Part shown: positions 46,559 to 55,499 of the stretch, piece by piece
Layout: each line of letters begins with the position of its first letter
Position numbering within the stretch: the stretch's first letter is position 1
The notes under the pieces: model-generated
Databases searched by the model: none
What the model was told of the DNA's origin: nothing
The model's input: the letters and a program-made list of their open reading frames with translations, nothing else
From: a virus
DNA length: 64,000 nucleotides
Strand: one strand, 5' to 3'
IMG/VR virus record: IMGVR_UViG_3300049061_000067
Span: 9 to 64,008 of that record
Translations under genes and position numbers: made by a program

Positions 46559-48869
46559 TTTTCTGGACAGCAAACGCATCACGGTTGCGCCGAGCGGGTT
46601 CACACCTGAGAGTCTGAGTTCGCATTCATTTGACTTTCAGCGTGACATTACCTGTTGGGCGTTAGAACGCGGCAAGGCGGCAATTTTCTCCGATTGTGGA
46701 ACAGGGAAAAGTTTAATGGAGTTAGACTGGGCTGAGCGTATAGTCCAAAAGCTCAATAAGTCAGTGCTAATCCTCGCACCATTGGCGGTGTCTAGGCAAA
46801 CAGTACGGGAAGGTGCAAAGTTTGGGATCGGGGCGCGTCTTGCTGTCCAGCAGTCGGACATAACAAAGCCCGCGATCTATGTCACCAACTATGAAAAGCT
46901 GCATCATTTCGATCCGTCTACGCTCGTCGGCGTGGTGCTGGATGAGTCGTCAATCCTGAAGTCCTACTCTGGCGCTACTCGTAATCTACTGGTTGAGCAA
47001 TTCGCCAACACGCCAATGAAGCTTTGCGCTACGGCTACGCCCGCACCCAACGACTACATGGAACTTGGCAATCACAGTGAATTCCTTGGTGTGCTAACGC
47101 GCACTGAGATGCTATCAACCTTCTTTGTTCATGATGGCGGTGACACAAGCAAGTGGCGGCTTAAGGGCCATGCTGAGGAAGAATACTGGAAGTGGGTATG
47201 CCAGTGGGCCGTGATGCTGCGTCAGCCTGCCGACTTAGGCTACGACAACAATGGCTTTGTGTTGCCGCCACTAAGCTATCACCATCACGTAGTCAAGTCA
47301 GCACGCAATCTTGACGGGTTCCTGTTTCCAGTGGAAGCGCAAACACTGCTCGAACGACGCGGGGCACGTAGGAACAGCCTAAGCGAGCGTGTTGAACTAT
47401 GCGCGTCGCTGGTCAACGAGTCAACTGAGCCATGGCTGGTCTGGTGCGACCTGAACGCTGAGGGTGACGCGCTGGCAAGATTGATCCCTGATGCCGTGCA
47501 GGTAGCAGGGCGTGACAGCGACGAAGCCAAGGAAGATCGACTGCTTGGGTTTGCCGAAGGACGCTATCGTGTGCTGGTGAGCAAGCCGAGCATTGCGGGG
47601 CACGGTCTAAACCTGCAAATCTGCTCTAACCTTGCCTTCGTTGGTCTAAGCGACTCATGGGAACAGTGGTATCAGGCAGTGCGACGTTGCTGGCGCTTCG
47701 GGCAAACTCGAGAAGTCAACTGCCACGTTATTACCAGTGAGGCTGAGGGCGCCGTGGTACGCAACATCCAACGCAAGGAAGCTGACGCCGCGCGCATGGC
47801 AAAGGAGATGGTGAAGCATATGTCGGTTTACAACACTGAGGCAGTGCATACGGGCACGGTCAGAACCGCTGACACTTACAAGACTGACGTGAAGCGCGGC
47901 GAGCGTTGGGAGATGCGGTTGGGTGATTGTGTTGAGCTGATCAAAGACGTGGCAAGCGATAGCGTTCACTATTCGATATTTAGCCCGCCGTTTGTATCGC
48001 TTTACACGTACAGTTCGTCTGAGCGCGATATGGGTAACGCGCGGGGCGACATGGAGTTCTATGCGCATTTTCAGTTTCTCGTTAAAGAGCTATACCGCGT
48101 GCTGTTACCCGGCCGCTTGCTGTCGTTTCACTGCATGGACATTCCGGCAATGAAAGAGCGTGACGGCTATATCGGCTTGAAAGATTTCCCTGGCGATCTT
48201 ATCCGCATATTTCAGTCAGCGGGGTTTATCTACCACTCACGAGCGTCGATCTGGAAAGATCCGTTGATTGAGGCAACACGCACCAAGGCGCTTGGACTGA
48301 TGCATAAACAAGTAGTCAAAGACAGCGCGATGTGTCGGCAGGGACTACCGGATTATCTGATTACCATGCGCAAGCCCGAAACGAACAGTGAGCCGATCGC
48401 GCGGCCCAACGGGTTTACGGAATTTATTGGCGAGGATGAACCGAAAGCGCGAAAAGGCGAAGCGGTTATTCGAGCTAGGGACATAGCCAATTATGCGGGC
48501 ATGACCAGCGATGATCCGGTTTACAGCCATCAAGTCTGGCGACGCTATGCCTCCCCTGTCTGGATGGACATCAGCCAGTCTGACACGCTACAACGTGAAT
48601 CTGCGCGAGAAGAGGCCGACGAGCGACATGTGTGCCCTTTACAGCTGCAAGTGATTGAGCGCGGACTGGAACTATGGACCAATGTGGGCGATGTGGTCCT
48701 AGATCCTTTTTCAGGCATTGGCAGCACTGGTTACGTAGCCGTGCAACGTGGGCGACGCTTCATCGGGTTTGAACTTAAGGCCAGCTACCACCAGCAAGCC
48801 TGCGCGAACCTGCGCAACGCAGAATCAGCAATAGAACAGACGACGCTGTTTAGCGAGGCCGCAGGATGA
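46539..48869 (+). CDS. SF2 helicase fused to a beta-class DNA methyltransferase (N4C/N6A; the SPPF motif suggests N4-cytosine)
   Basis: Walker A DCGTGKS, DExx VLDESS, motif III ATATPAPN. C-terminal half has IFSPPF (motif IV) before DPFSGIGSTG (motif I), the beta-class circular permutation. Confidence 0.6.
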   Translation: MTTTYADFLDSKRITVAPSGFTPESLSSHSFDFQRDITCWALERGKAAIFSDCGTGKSLMELDWAERIVQKLNKSVLILAPLAVSRQTVREGAKFGIGARLAVQQSDITKPAIYVTNYEKLHHFDPSTLVGVVLDESSILKSYSGATRNLLVEQFANTPMKLCATATPAPNDYMELGNHSEFLGVLTRTEMLSTFFVHDGGDTSKWRLKGHAEEEYWKWVCQWAVMLRQPADLGYDNNGFVLPPLSYHHHVVKSARNLDGFLFPVEAQTLLERRGARRNSLSERVELCASLVNESTEPWLVWCDLNAEGDALARLIPDAVQVAGRDSDEAKEDRLLGFAEGRYRVLVSKPSIAGHGLNLQICSNLAFVGLSDSWEQWYQAVRRCWRFGQTREVNCHVITSEAEGAVVRNIQRKEADAARMAKEMVKHMSVYNTEAVHTGTVRTADTYKTDVKRGERWEMRLGDCVELIKDVASDSVHYSIFSPPFVSLYTYSSSERDMGNARGDMEFYAHFQFLVKELYRVLLPGRLLSFHCMDIPAMKERDGYIGLKDFPGDLIRIFQSAGFIYHSRASIWKDPLIEATRTKALGLMHKQVVKDSAMCRQGLPDYLITMRKPETNSEPIARPNGFTEFIGEDEPKARKGEAVIRARDIANYAGMTSDDPVYSHQVWRRYASPVWMDISQSDTLQRESAREEADERHVCPLQLQVIERGLELWTNVGDVVLDPFSGIGSTGYVAVQRGRRFIGFELKASYHQQACANLRNAESAIEQTTLFSEAAG

Positions 48870-49177
48870 GCGACGTTCATGGCTCACGCGCCGCCGAGGC
48901 TGGTTGCTGTGCGTTGTTGCTGCTGGCAGGCATGGTGCTTGGCGTGGGGCTGAGCGTACTGATGGTTTGGTGGATTGCGGTGAGAGGTTAGCTATGAACA
49001 CAAAAGCAGACAACGACATCCTTATGGTAGCAATGATGAACATGCTCTTGCTGCTAATGGACATTTATATCACGGAAGAGATACCAAAGCGGGAACAGTT
49101 GACGGAGAGATTGCGCTAAAACAAGTTCCTCTTCTGGTTGCGTAAACGACACTTGCAGATGACGAAAGGTAAGACTA

Positions 49178-49621
49178 ATGAGAAGCCCAGTCACACAACT
49201 AATCGAACTGTTTCACGGTCTAACAGTGGACCAACAGGCATTGTTCCTCGATCAGGTTGACCCGCAGCCTGATGAGGTGGGGAAACCTGCTAAGAAGGCA
49301 CGTAAGGCGACGATAGTTCGTAAAGGATGCGCTGCCTGTGACTACTTTAAGTCAGCACCAATTCATCACGATCCTAACTTGGCAGAGTACCATGTCTATC
49401 AGCTTGCTAAGTCGAAGCGGGCGTCAGGGATGGCGGCAGCGATCAACAAGAGTCTGCAACGGCAGCATCAGTCGGCGGAACTTTGTACCCGTGTCAGCGA
49501 AGACGGCGACGATCCTGCTACCTGCGGGGAACCTGAGGGTAGCGGTATTCACGATCCGGCAATGGGTTATCGCAATTACCATCCATTCGCCGCATCTGCT
49601 CAGCGCGCGGCGGGAGATTGA
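49178..49621 (+). CDS. Hypothetical protein
   Basis: ORF track. Confidence 0.4.
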   Translation: MRSPVTQLIELFHGLTVDQQALFLDQVDPQPDEVGKPAKKARKATIVRKGCAACDYFKSAPIHHDPNLAEYHVYQLAKSKRASGMAAAINKSLQRQHQSAELCTRVSEDGDDPATCGEPEGSGIHDPAMGYRNYHPFAASAQRAAGD

Positions 49622-49622
49622 G

Positions 49623-49820
49623 ATGGCGTCTAACATCAATGCGACCGACCCCTACGCCAATCCCTTCGAGTGGTCCAACGCCTATCCGTATGAAGCACCG
49701 GAGGATCGGCTATTCGGCTTGCTGCCATGCCCGTGGCAATGTGAGCAGGGACTGCTCCCGCTTGTCAGTGGTGGCTACATTGCCTGTCCGTCGTGTGGCA
49801 GCGAGGAACGAGCAGGCTAA
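49623..49820 (+). CDS. Zn-binding small protein
   Basis: CPWQC...CPSCG. Start refined. Confidence 0.35.
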   Translation: MASNINATDPYANPFEWSNAYPYEAPEDRLFGLLPCPWQCEQGLLPLVSGGYIACPSCGSEERAG

Positions 49821-50020
49821 TGACCCAATGCCTCTCCTGCGGCTACGTCACGCTTGAAGACGCCCCTGCCTGCTGGCATTGCGAGGACGCACATCAGCGG
49901 TTGCTGGAGCGCCTGACTGATGGCGACGATGGCGCGTTGACGTGGCCCGAGCTGGCAGCATGGGCGCAGAGTGATGTGGCGCCAAGGGGGCAGGTGGCAC
50001 GAGTCTGGAAGATTGGCTAA
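49820..50020 (+). CDS. Zn-binding small protein
   Basis: CLSCG...CWHC. TAATG overlap. Confidence 0.35.
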   Translation: MTQCLSCGYVTLEDAPACWHCEDAHQRLLERLTDGDDGALTWPELAAWAQSDVAPRGQVARVWKIG

Positions 50021-50027
50021 ACCCGCA

Positions 50028-50252
50028 ATGGAATGCTCAAACTGCAATGGCAGGACTTACGTAGTCGACTCGCGCCAGGACGAGAACACGCGACGGCGGC
50101 GTTACTGCTGTCGCTCATGTAAGGTCAGGTTCACTACCTGCGAGATCACTGTCGCCGAGTACGAGAGATTGCAGTCCGTGCGTATCAACATGGCAGCAAT
50201 CAACGCGGCTATTGATACATTGAACGCGGTTAAGAAAGCGGTGCGTGGCTGA
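50028..50252 (+). CDS. Zn-ribbon protein
   Basis: CSNCNG...CCRSC. Start refined. Confidence 0.35.
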   Translation: MECSNCNGRTYVVDSRQDENTRRRRYCCRSCKVRFTTCEITVAEYERLQSVRINMAAINAAIDTLNAVKKAVRG

Positions 50253-50348
50253 TGGACTTACCATTACAAGGCGTCAGGGCTCAGCGGCGTCTCGTTTGCC
50301 GTGTAAATAATCATTGACATCTAACCCGCTCGGATTATGATTCAGATT

Positions 50349-50462
50349 ATGAGGAAATGCCAACGCTGCAAGTACGAATGGAAGCCGAAAACGGCTAATC
50401 CAAAGGAATGCCCAAACTGTAAATCAAGAAAGTGGGAGAAAGATGCTAAACGTACACGTTAA
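50349..50462 (+). CDS. Mini zinc-ribbon protein (37 aa), paralogue of 57518-57658
   Basis: MRKCQRCKYEWKPKTANPKECPNCKSRKWEK. Promoter TTGACA-16-TATGAT at 50296-50323. Confidence 0.35.
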   Translation: MRKCQRCKYEWKPKTANPKECPNCKSRKWEKDAKRTR

Positions 50463-51108
50463 GATAACAGGATTAACACCGCTATTGATGCACGCGGACA
50501 ACATTGAATGGTCTGACGCGATGGATGAGTGGCGCAAAGATCCGAGTAATAAGGCGATGTCTAAAGCTGGCGATGATCGTACCCCGCCTTGGCGCTGGAT
50601 TGGCTCATTGAACACTGACGGAAAGATTATCACGATTCCCAGCGAGTACATCATGGGTTGTATGATGGCGGGCGGTGCCCAAGTGCCAACAGGATCGGGC
50701 AAGAAGACGTTCAAAGCACAATCGCAAAGCGGTCTACTGTGCCCTGAGTTTCACTGGCCGCTACACGTCAACGGCTCAGGTGCCACGGTATCAATGGCTG
50801 ATATCAACGCGCTAAAAGATGGCAAGCTCAAGTTCTCTCAACACTCAGATAGGACGCGAGAGTTGGGATTCGCGTTGTTCGTAAAGCGTGCAAAGGTTGG
50901 GCAGTCTAAGCATGTTCGTGTACGTCCGCGATTTGACCAGTGGTCCACAGAGGGGCGTGTGGCTATTATTGATGAAGCTATCACCCCAAAGGTACTACAG
51001 CAAATCCTTGATATTGCCGGACGATACAAGGGGCTGGGCGACTGGCGACCGGGCGGGAAGACGCCGGGACAGTTTGGGATGTTTGAGGCGGTGGTTACAG
51101 AGGATTGA
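50443..51108 (+). CDS. Hypothetical protein (221 aa)
   Basis: ORF track. Confidence 0.45.
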   Translation: MLNVHVKITGLTPLLMHADNIEWSDAMDEWRKDPSNKAMSKAGDDRTPPWRWIGSLNTDGKIITIPSEYIMGCMMAGGAQVPTGSGKKTFKAQSQSGLLCPEFHWPLHVNGSGATVSMADINALKDGKLKFSQHSDRTRELGFALFVKRAKVGQSKHVRVRPRFDQWSTEGRVAIIDEAITPKVLQQILDIAGRYKGLGDWRPGGKTPGQFGMFEAVVTED

Positions 51109-51539
51109 GATTGGTGTGGTTCGGTGGGGTTCGGTATTGGTGCGGTACGGTCAGGTGTGGCCAGGCACGGTTCGGTCCGGCAAGGTAGGGGCGTCAATGG
51201 CGCAGCAATCATCATTTTGGTTCGGTCTGGCTTGGCTAGGCAAGGCTCGGTACGGCGTGGACCGGCATGGTAAGGCGAGGCTAGGGCATCAATGGTGCAA
51301 TTTGCTGTTTTATGGTTTTTGGTGTGGCGAGGTATCGGCGAGGCGAGGCACGGCTAGGTATGGTGGGGCGGGGTCTGGTCCGGTCGGGTTAGGCAAGGGA
51401 GCCAATGGCTCACGCAATGCTAAACCTATCTATCTGTGGCTGGGCGCGGTATGGCTTGGCTAGGTCTGGTGGGGTCAGGTTCGGCTGGGTGTAGGTTAGG
51501 CGTGGTTTGGTGAGGACGCCAATGGCGTGAAAGGGAAAC
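51109..51539. repeat. Non-coding G+T-rich degenerate tandem repeat array (about 4 units of ~93-117 bp, each ending in (G)CCAATGG(C/T)G; internal GGTTCGGT sub-repeats)
   Basis: Seen directly. The CAATGG anchors at 51185, 51280, 51393 and 51510 fall in different reading frames, so the repeat is at the DNA level. Confidence 0.5.
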
Positions 51540-51749
51540 GTGGCCGAAATAATCCAATGTCCCGATTGTAACGGATCGGGTCGCGTTACAGACTGGACGG
51601 CAATGATTATGCCGCCGACATTTATAATACTTTGGGTTTTTGACAAGTTAGATAGAGATTGTCCTGTTAAGTATACGAGTCAACGCTGCAAGCGATGTAA
51701 GGGCAAGGGGCAACTCAGGGTTGAGCCTGACTCACTATCTGAGGCGTAA
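51540..51749 (+). CDS. DnaJ-type zinc-finger protein (two CxxCxGxG repeats)
   Basis: CPDCNGSGRV and CKRCKGKGQL. Confidence 0.45.
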   Translation: MAEIIQCPDCNGSGRVTDWTAMIMPPTFIILWVFDKLDRDCPVKYTSQRCKRCKGKGQLRVEPDSLSEA

Positions 51750-51759
51750 AGATAAATCC

Positions 51760-52251
51760 ATGAAACCTCCACAATTAGTCAACGGTATCCCCTACGGTCC
51801 TGACGTGCGTAAGTTAGAAGAGGCATTTCCATTGCCTGATGAAGATCAAGTCATCCGACATACGGAGTTTGAGGCACTACTAAAAATCCCAGCTAAAACG
51901 CAACGCTATTATGGCGTTATCAATACTTGGCGCAAACGATTGCGCAATGAGCGAAACATTGACAGTGAGTGGATTCATGGCGTCGGGTTGAAGATCCTTA
52001 ACCCGGCTGATCGGCTAAAGGAATCGGAGCGCAATGTTAAGCAGGGCATCCGACATACCGGACGTGCATTTAGACGGCTTGCGATTGTACCGCGAGATCG
52101 TCTTGATGCTATCGGTCAAGCTCGATATGATCATGCAATAGGTATAGCAGCAAAGTTGACACAGGCCGGGCGGGACGCAAAACGGGAGTTAGCAATTGAC
52201 CTTGCTCCAATAAAGTCGCTGCCTAAGCCAAAGCTTGTTAGTAACGGATAG
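51760..52251 (+). CDS. Hypothetical protein
   Basis: ORF track frame. Start refined to MKPPQL. Confidence 0.4.
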   Translation: MKPPQLVNGIPYGPDVRKLEEAFPLPDEDQVIRHTEFEALLKIPAKTQRYYGVINTWRKRLRNERNIDSEWIHGVGLKILNPADRLKESERNVKQGIRHTGRAFRRLAIVPRDRLDAIGQARYDHAIGIAAKLTQAGRDAKRELAIDLAPIKSLPKPKLVSNG

Positions 52252-52409
52252 GCACGTTTGAACCTGTAAAGCTAGTAGTGCGGGGCGGGAGGCTATGAAA
52301 GCTCAGGGCTGCGGGTAGGCATTGGGCTTATGTCCGTTGAAAACGATGAATTGAGCTGAGCCGTTTAACCGTAGTAGCGCGTAAATTAGCAACCTTCAAG
52401 GGAGTGCCG

Positions 52410-52820
52410 CTAATCAGACGAACGCGGCTTATCAATCTCGCTATAGCTTATCCCATGTGCGTCCAGCAAGCCTTTGAGCCGTTTCATCTGATACTCATGC
52501 AGCGTCAGGCGGGTAGCTTGCTGAGCACTTAGTCTGCGTTCGTCTTCAAGGTCCAACATCGCATCCGTGGCTTTGCGCTCCCAATGCTCACGCTCACTGC
52601 GTAGCCTCTCAGCTCCGGCAATTGCTTGTGTAGCGGCTTGGATGAGTGACACGTCGGTGCTTACGCTAACCTGTCTTGTTTCAGCATTGAGTTTGGCGAT
52701 TTCAGCAGGTTCTCGGCGTCGCCGTGTGAGCCAGCCACCTATCCATCCAAGGGATGATGCAAGCACAAGCCACAACACTTGTAGCAGGCTGTGAGGAATG
52801 GCAGGGGATTCGAGTTGCAT
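52410..52820 (-). CDS. N-terminal TM plus coiled-coil protein (i-spanin/holin-like)
   Basis: LLQVLWLVLASSLGWIGGWL is a TM segment followed by a long charged coiled coil. Start chosen at the internal Met after the upstream stop. Confidence 0.35.
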   Translation of the reverse strand: MQLESPAIPHSLLQVLWLVLASSLGWIGGWLTRRRREPAEIAKLNAETRQVSVSTDVSLIQAATQAIAGAERLRSEREHWERKATDAMLDLEDERRLSAQQATRLTLHEYQMKRLKGLLDAHGISYSEIDKPRSSD

Positions 52821-52827
52821 GGGCGGA

Positions 52828-53304
52828 TCATCGAAGTACCTGGTTGAGTTGCTGTAGCGCCTGGGCCAGCGTCTGGTCCTTCTGCTCGTCTTGCTTGCGG
52901 TCCTTGATGACGAGATTAAACGTAGGAGTCTTGCGGTGCTGGCGCGGGTTCTTCTGGCGTGGGAACACAAGCGAACTATACTGCGCCGACTCAAGTGGGA
53001 AGGCTCGATCCAGCGGCACATCTTTGTAACCCATCCAGTCACTCACGCAGGCAATGTCTGCTTGATCTTCTGACGAGAAGAAGCCGCCGTTTTCAAACCA
53101 GAACACTGTTACCTTTTTGCCGTTGACCTCTACGCCCTTGGGACACGGGACCTTCATCACATTCCATGAGAAGTGAATAAACGGGCGAAAGATATACCTG
53201 AAGAACGCCTTGCGATACCACGGGGTAGCAGGGTCAAGCTCCCACTTCCAGTGAGCCACCATCCAGATCCTGTCCGAAGATTCTGTGACTCGCTCTGGAA
53301 CCAC
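52828..53304 (-). CDS. Hypothetical protein (158 aa; possibly lysis-associated)
   Basis: ORF track. Confidence 0.35.
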   Translation of the reverse strand: MVPERVTESSDRIWMVAHWKWELDPATPWYRKAFFRYIFRPFIHFSWNVMKVPCPKGVEVNGKKVTVFWFENGGFFSSEDQADIACVSDWMGYKDVPLDRAFPLESAQYSSLVFPRQKNPRQHRKTPTFNLVIKDRKQDEQKDQTLAQALQQLNQVLR

Positions 53305-53306
53305 TG

Positions 53307-53477
53307 CTAGCCGCCCCCCTGTCCCTTGCCGGGGTTATCAATGTCGCCTTGCGGCTCCGGCTTCGGTGTCGGTGCGGGAGCGGGCTGCGGCTGCTTAGGC
53401 TGCGTCGGCTTAGTTGGCTGCGTCGGCTGATTCCGTTGTCTCTCCCTGTCCTTGTCCATCTCGTCTTCTGTGTGCAT
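53307..53477 (-). CDS. Pro/Gln-rich small protein (56 aa)
   Basis: MHTEDEMDKDRERQRNQPTQPTKPTQPKQPQPAPAPTPKPEPQGDIDNPGKGQGGG. Below the ORF-track cutoff. Confidence 0.3.
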   Translation of the reverse strand: MHTEDEMDKDRERQRNQPTQPTKPTQPKQPQPAPAPTPKPEPQGDIDNPGKGQGGG

Positions 53478-53521
53478 GGTTGCTTGTCACCTTTCTCGGG
53501 TTATGAAACTGTAAACTAACT

Positions 53522-53956
53522 CTACGCCTCTTTGCTGAGGCGTACCACATTTGCCAGACACAGTTTGCGCTTGCGAAACACGCGCGGGAACAGTCCGATC
53601 TCCACTGGAAACGTCTGGCCGCTGCGCTCTCTCCCGTAGAGCACCGTATCGCGTCGGCCCATGCTGCGAGTCTGCATTGCCTGTCCGAAGCTTTGAACGT
53701 AGCCTACGTGCCCGTGACGATAGTTTTCCGGCACCAGCTCGATCAGATCCAGCCCAGCCATCTCGTCAGTCACGTAGCCAAAGATCGCTTCGGCACCCGG
53801 CGTAGCGTAGATTACCTTCTGCGTCTCGATGTCCACCAGCACGAAGCCTGCTTTGTCTGCGCCCCAGATCTTGATAGCGTCAATGTCGCTTTGAGTGAGC
53901 ACGGACGGATCGATGTCGTCTACCACGGCTACCAGTTTGTCTAGTTCTGAGCTCAT
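53522..53956 (-). CDS. Standalone FixL-like heme-PAS domain protein
   Basis: AEAIFGYVTDEMAGLDLIELVPENYRHGHVGYVQSF...GRRDTVLYGRERSGQTFPVEIGLF aligns with the Bradyrhizobium FixL heme-PAS [36 protein letters not shown]...GRIVTGKRRDGTTFPMHLSIGEM, including the proximal His. Confidence 0.55.
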   Translation of the reverse strand: MSSELDKLVAVVDDIDPSVLTQSDIDAIKIWGADKAGFVLVDIETQKVIYATPGAEAIFGYVTDEMAGLDLIELVPENYRHGHVGYVQSFGQAMQTRSMGRRDTVLYGRERSGQTFPVEIGLFPRVFRKRKLCLANVVRLSKEA

Positions 53957-54300
53957 TGTTTCAGGCTAATTCGCAGAAAGTTGAACACGAAGCCAAGCAG
54001 CAGCATTATTACACTGGCAACCAACCCTTTGATCCACTTGCCGTTTTCAATTGCTTTGGCCTTGGTTTCCTTGGCCGCTTCTTCCAGCATGTGGATGCGC
54101 TGGTTGATAACACTGATTTGCGCCGTCGCCATGTCCGACTCAAGCTTACCAAGCGTCTTGTTTAGCTGGACCAGTTGAAACTCGACGCCAACCATCTTCT
54201 CGGATAGTTGCGAGACTCGCCCCTCGCGCTCGCGTAACTGCTCCTGTATGCCAGCCAGTCCGCGCGTAACAAGTTCGACAAGCTTCTGTTCATCGGTCAT
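53953..54300 (-). CDS. Coiled-coil protein with a C-terminal TM anchor (holin/spanin-like)
   Basis: C-terminal GLVASVIMLLLGFVFNFL. Confidence 0.35.
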   Translation of the reverse strand: MTDEQKLVELVTRGLAGIQEQLREREGRVSQLSEKMVGVEFQLVQLNKTLGKLESDMATAQISVINQRIHMLEEAAKETKAKAIENGKWIKGLVASVIMLLLGFVFNFLRISLKQ

Positions 54301-54498
54301 TTAGTCGGGGGAGGTAGCGTTCATTGACATTGGGCTATAACAGCGCCTCGGCTCCCCGCAGAGTCTGGAGCATGTCCCTTCACGCCGTAAACCCTCGCAT
54401 TACCGAGACGCTGCCACTCATTGCCGCCCCTCAGTAGCCCCTCCAACACGTGCGACGAATGTACGCGTTGCATTTCACCAAAAGGCGGCAATCTTGCG

Positions 54499-54744
54499 TT
54501 AGACTGGTGGCTCAGCGGGCGCTGGCGTCGCTGGCGTGTTCTCGCTTACTGCGCCAGCAAGATTGTCGCTTGAGGCGTCCAATTCTGTCACCAGCGCGTT
54601 GATGTTTGTCGCGTCTGCGATATCGTCTGCTGCGATGGCATCCTTGATGCGCTGCGAGATGCCGCGAATCAGCACTACTGCCGAGGTATCAACCGAGGTA
54701 TTGCGGGCTACTGCCGCCTGAAGTCCACTTAGATCAACTGCCAT
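54499..54744 (-). CDS. Hypothetical protein
   Basis: ORF track. Confidence 0.35.
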   Translation of the reverse strand: MAVDLSGLQAAVARNTSVDTSAVVLIRGISQRIKDAIAADDIADATNINALVTELDASSDNLAGAVSENTPATPAPAEPPV

Positions 54745-54746
54745 TG

Positions 54747-55085
54747 TTAGTCTCCTTTTGACTGTTCATTAATTGCGGCTTCCTCCGCGTCGGACGAAGC
54801 GTTAAGCTCCTTAACTGCTGCGTCAATTTTAGCTTGGATGCCACCTTCCAGCAGTTCCAGAATCAGGTCCAACTTTGCATTGATAAACCCAACATCAGGC
54901 AACTGCACGCCTCGCACTGCTTCAAGGATCTCGTCAAGCTTGGTGCTAACGTCGCCACCTGTTCCCTTTGCCAGCACATCAGTCCGACGATTGTAAGCAC
55001 CGATAAACGCATTAAGCAGGAAGTAGACATTGCCCTGCTTCTCAATTTCCTGCACCAACTTGTCTGTACGTCGAAATGGGAACAT
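54747..55085 (-). CDS. Hypothetical protein
   Basis: ORF track. Confidence 0.35.
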   Translation of the reverse strand: MFPFRRTDKLVQEIEKQGNVYFLLNAFIGAYNRRTDVLAKGTGGDVSTKLDEILEAVRGVQLPDVGFINAKLDLILELLEGGIQAKIDAAVKELNASSDAEEAAINEQSKGD

Positions 55086-55499
55086 TCACTCCTGCTTTCC
55101 ATACCAAGGTTGACAATCGTCAGGCAAGGTATAGAGCGTGTTCGGTACGATCTCACCTGCTTTGAACATTCGCCAAGCTTTTATGTTGCGCCACACGCGA
55201 ACCTCGCACGACGTGACTGCTTTGAACCAGCGATCCGTGATGATTGCTTTTACCTTGTCGCCTGATTGGATGTCGCTGGTTGAGAGTGAAGCATCGGGGT
55301 TGACTCTTCCGTCTCGCATGGGAGCAACCAGTCGCCACTGCGCAAAGATTTCCCTAGCTTCTGTGGGATCGGTGAAGGTGAACAGGACCATCTTGCCGTC
55401 TTCGAGGCAGGCAACTGACTTATCAGGTTCCTTGACTGTGCAAGTGACAACCTTGGGCTCTTGGACCATGAACGCGAGCAGGAGTAACAGGCTGATCAT
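55086..55499 (-). CDS. Secreted or periplasmic protein (signal peptide MISLLLLLAFMV)
   Basis: Start refined to the Met with the ATGA overlap. Confidence 0.4.
   Translation of the reverse strand: MISLLLLLAFMVQEPKVVTCTVKEPDKSVACLEDGKMVLFTFTDPTEAREIFAQWRLVAPMRDGRVNPDASLSTSDIQSGDKVKAIITDRWFKAVTSCEVRVWRNIKAWRMFKAGEIVPNTLYTLPDDCQPWYGKQE

Noticed and set aside
50888-51463. 191-aa plus-strand ORF (Trp/Gly-rich) and a 125-aa minus-strand ORF over the G+T-rich repeat array
   Set aside because: The open frames exist only because the tract has almost no A, so no stop codons arise. The repeat anchors fall in three different frames and there is no RBS. Treated as non-coding.
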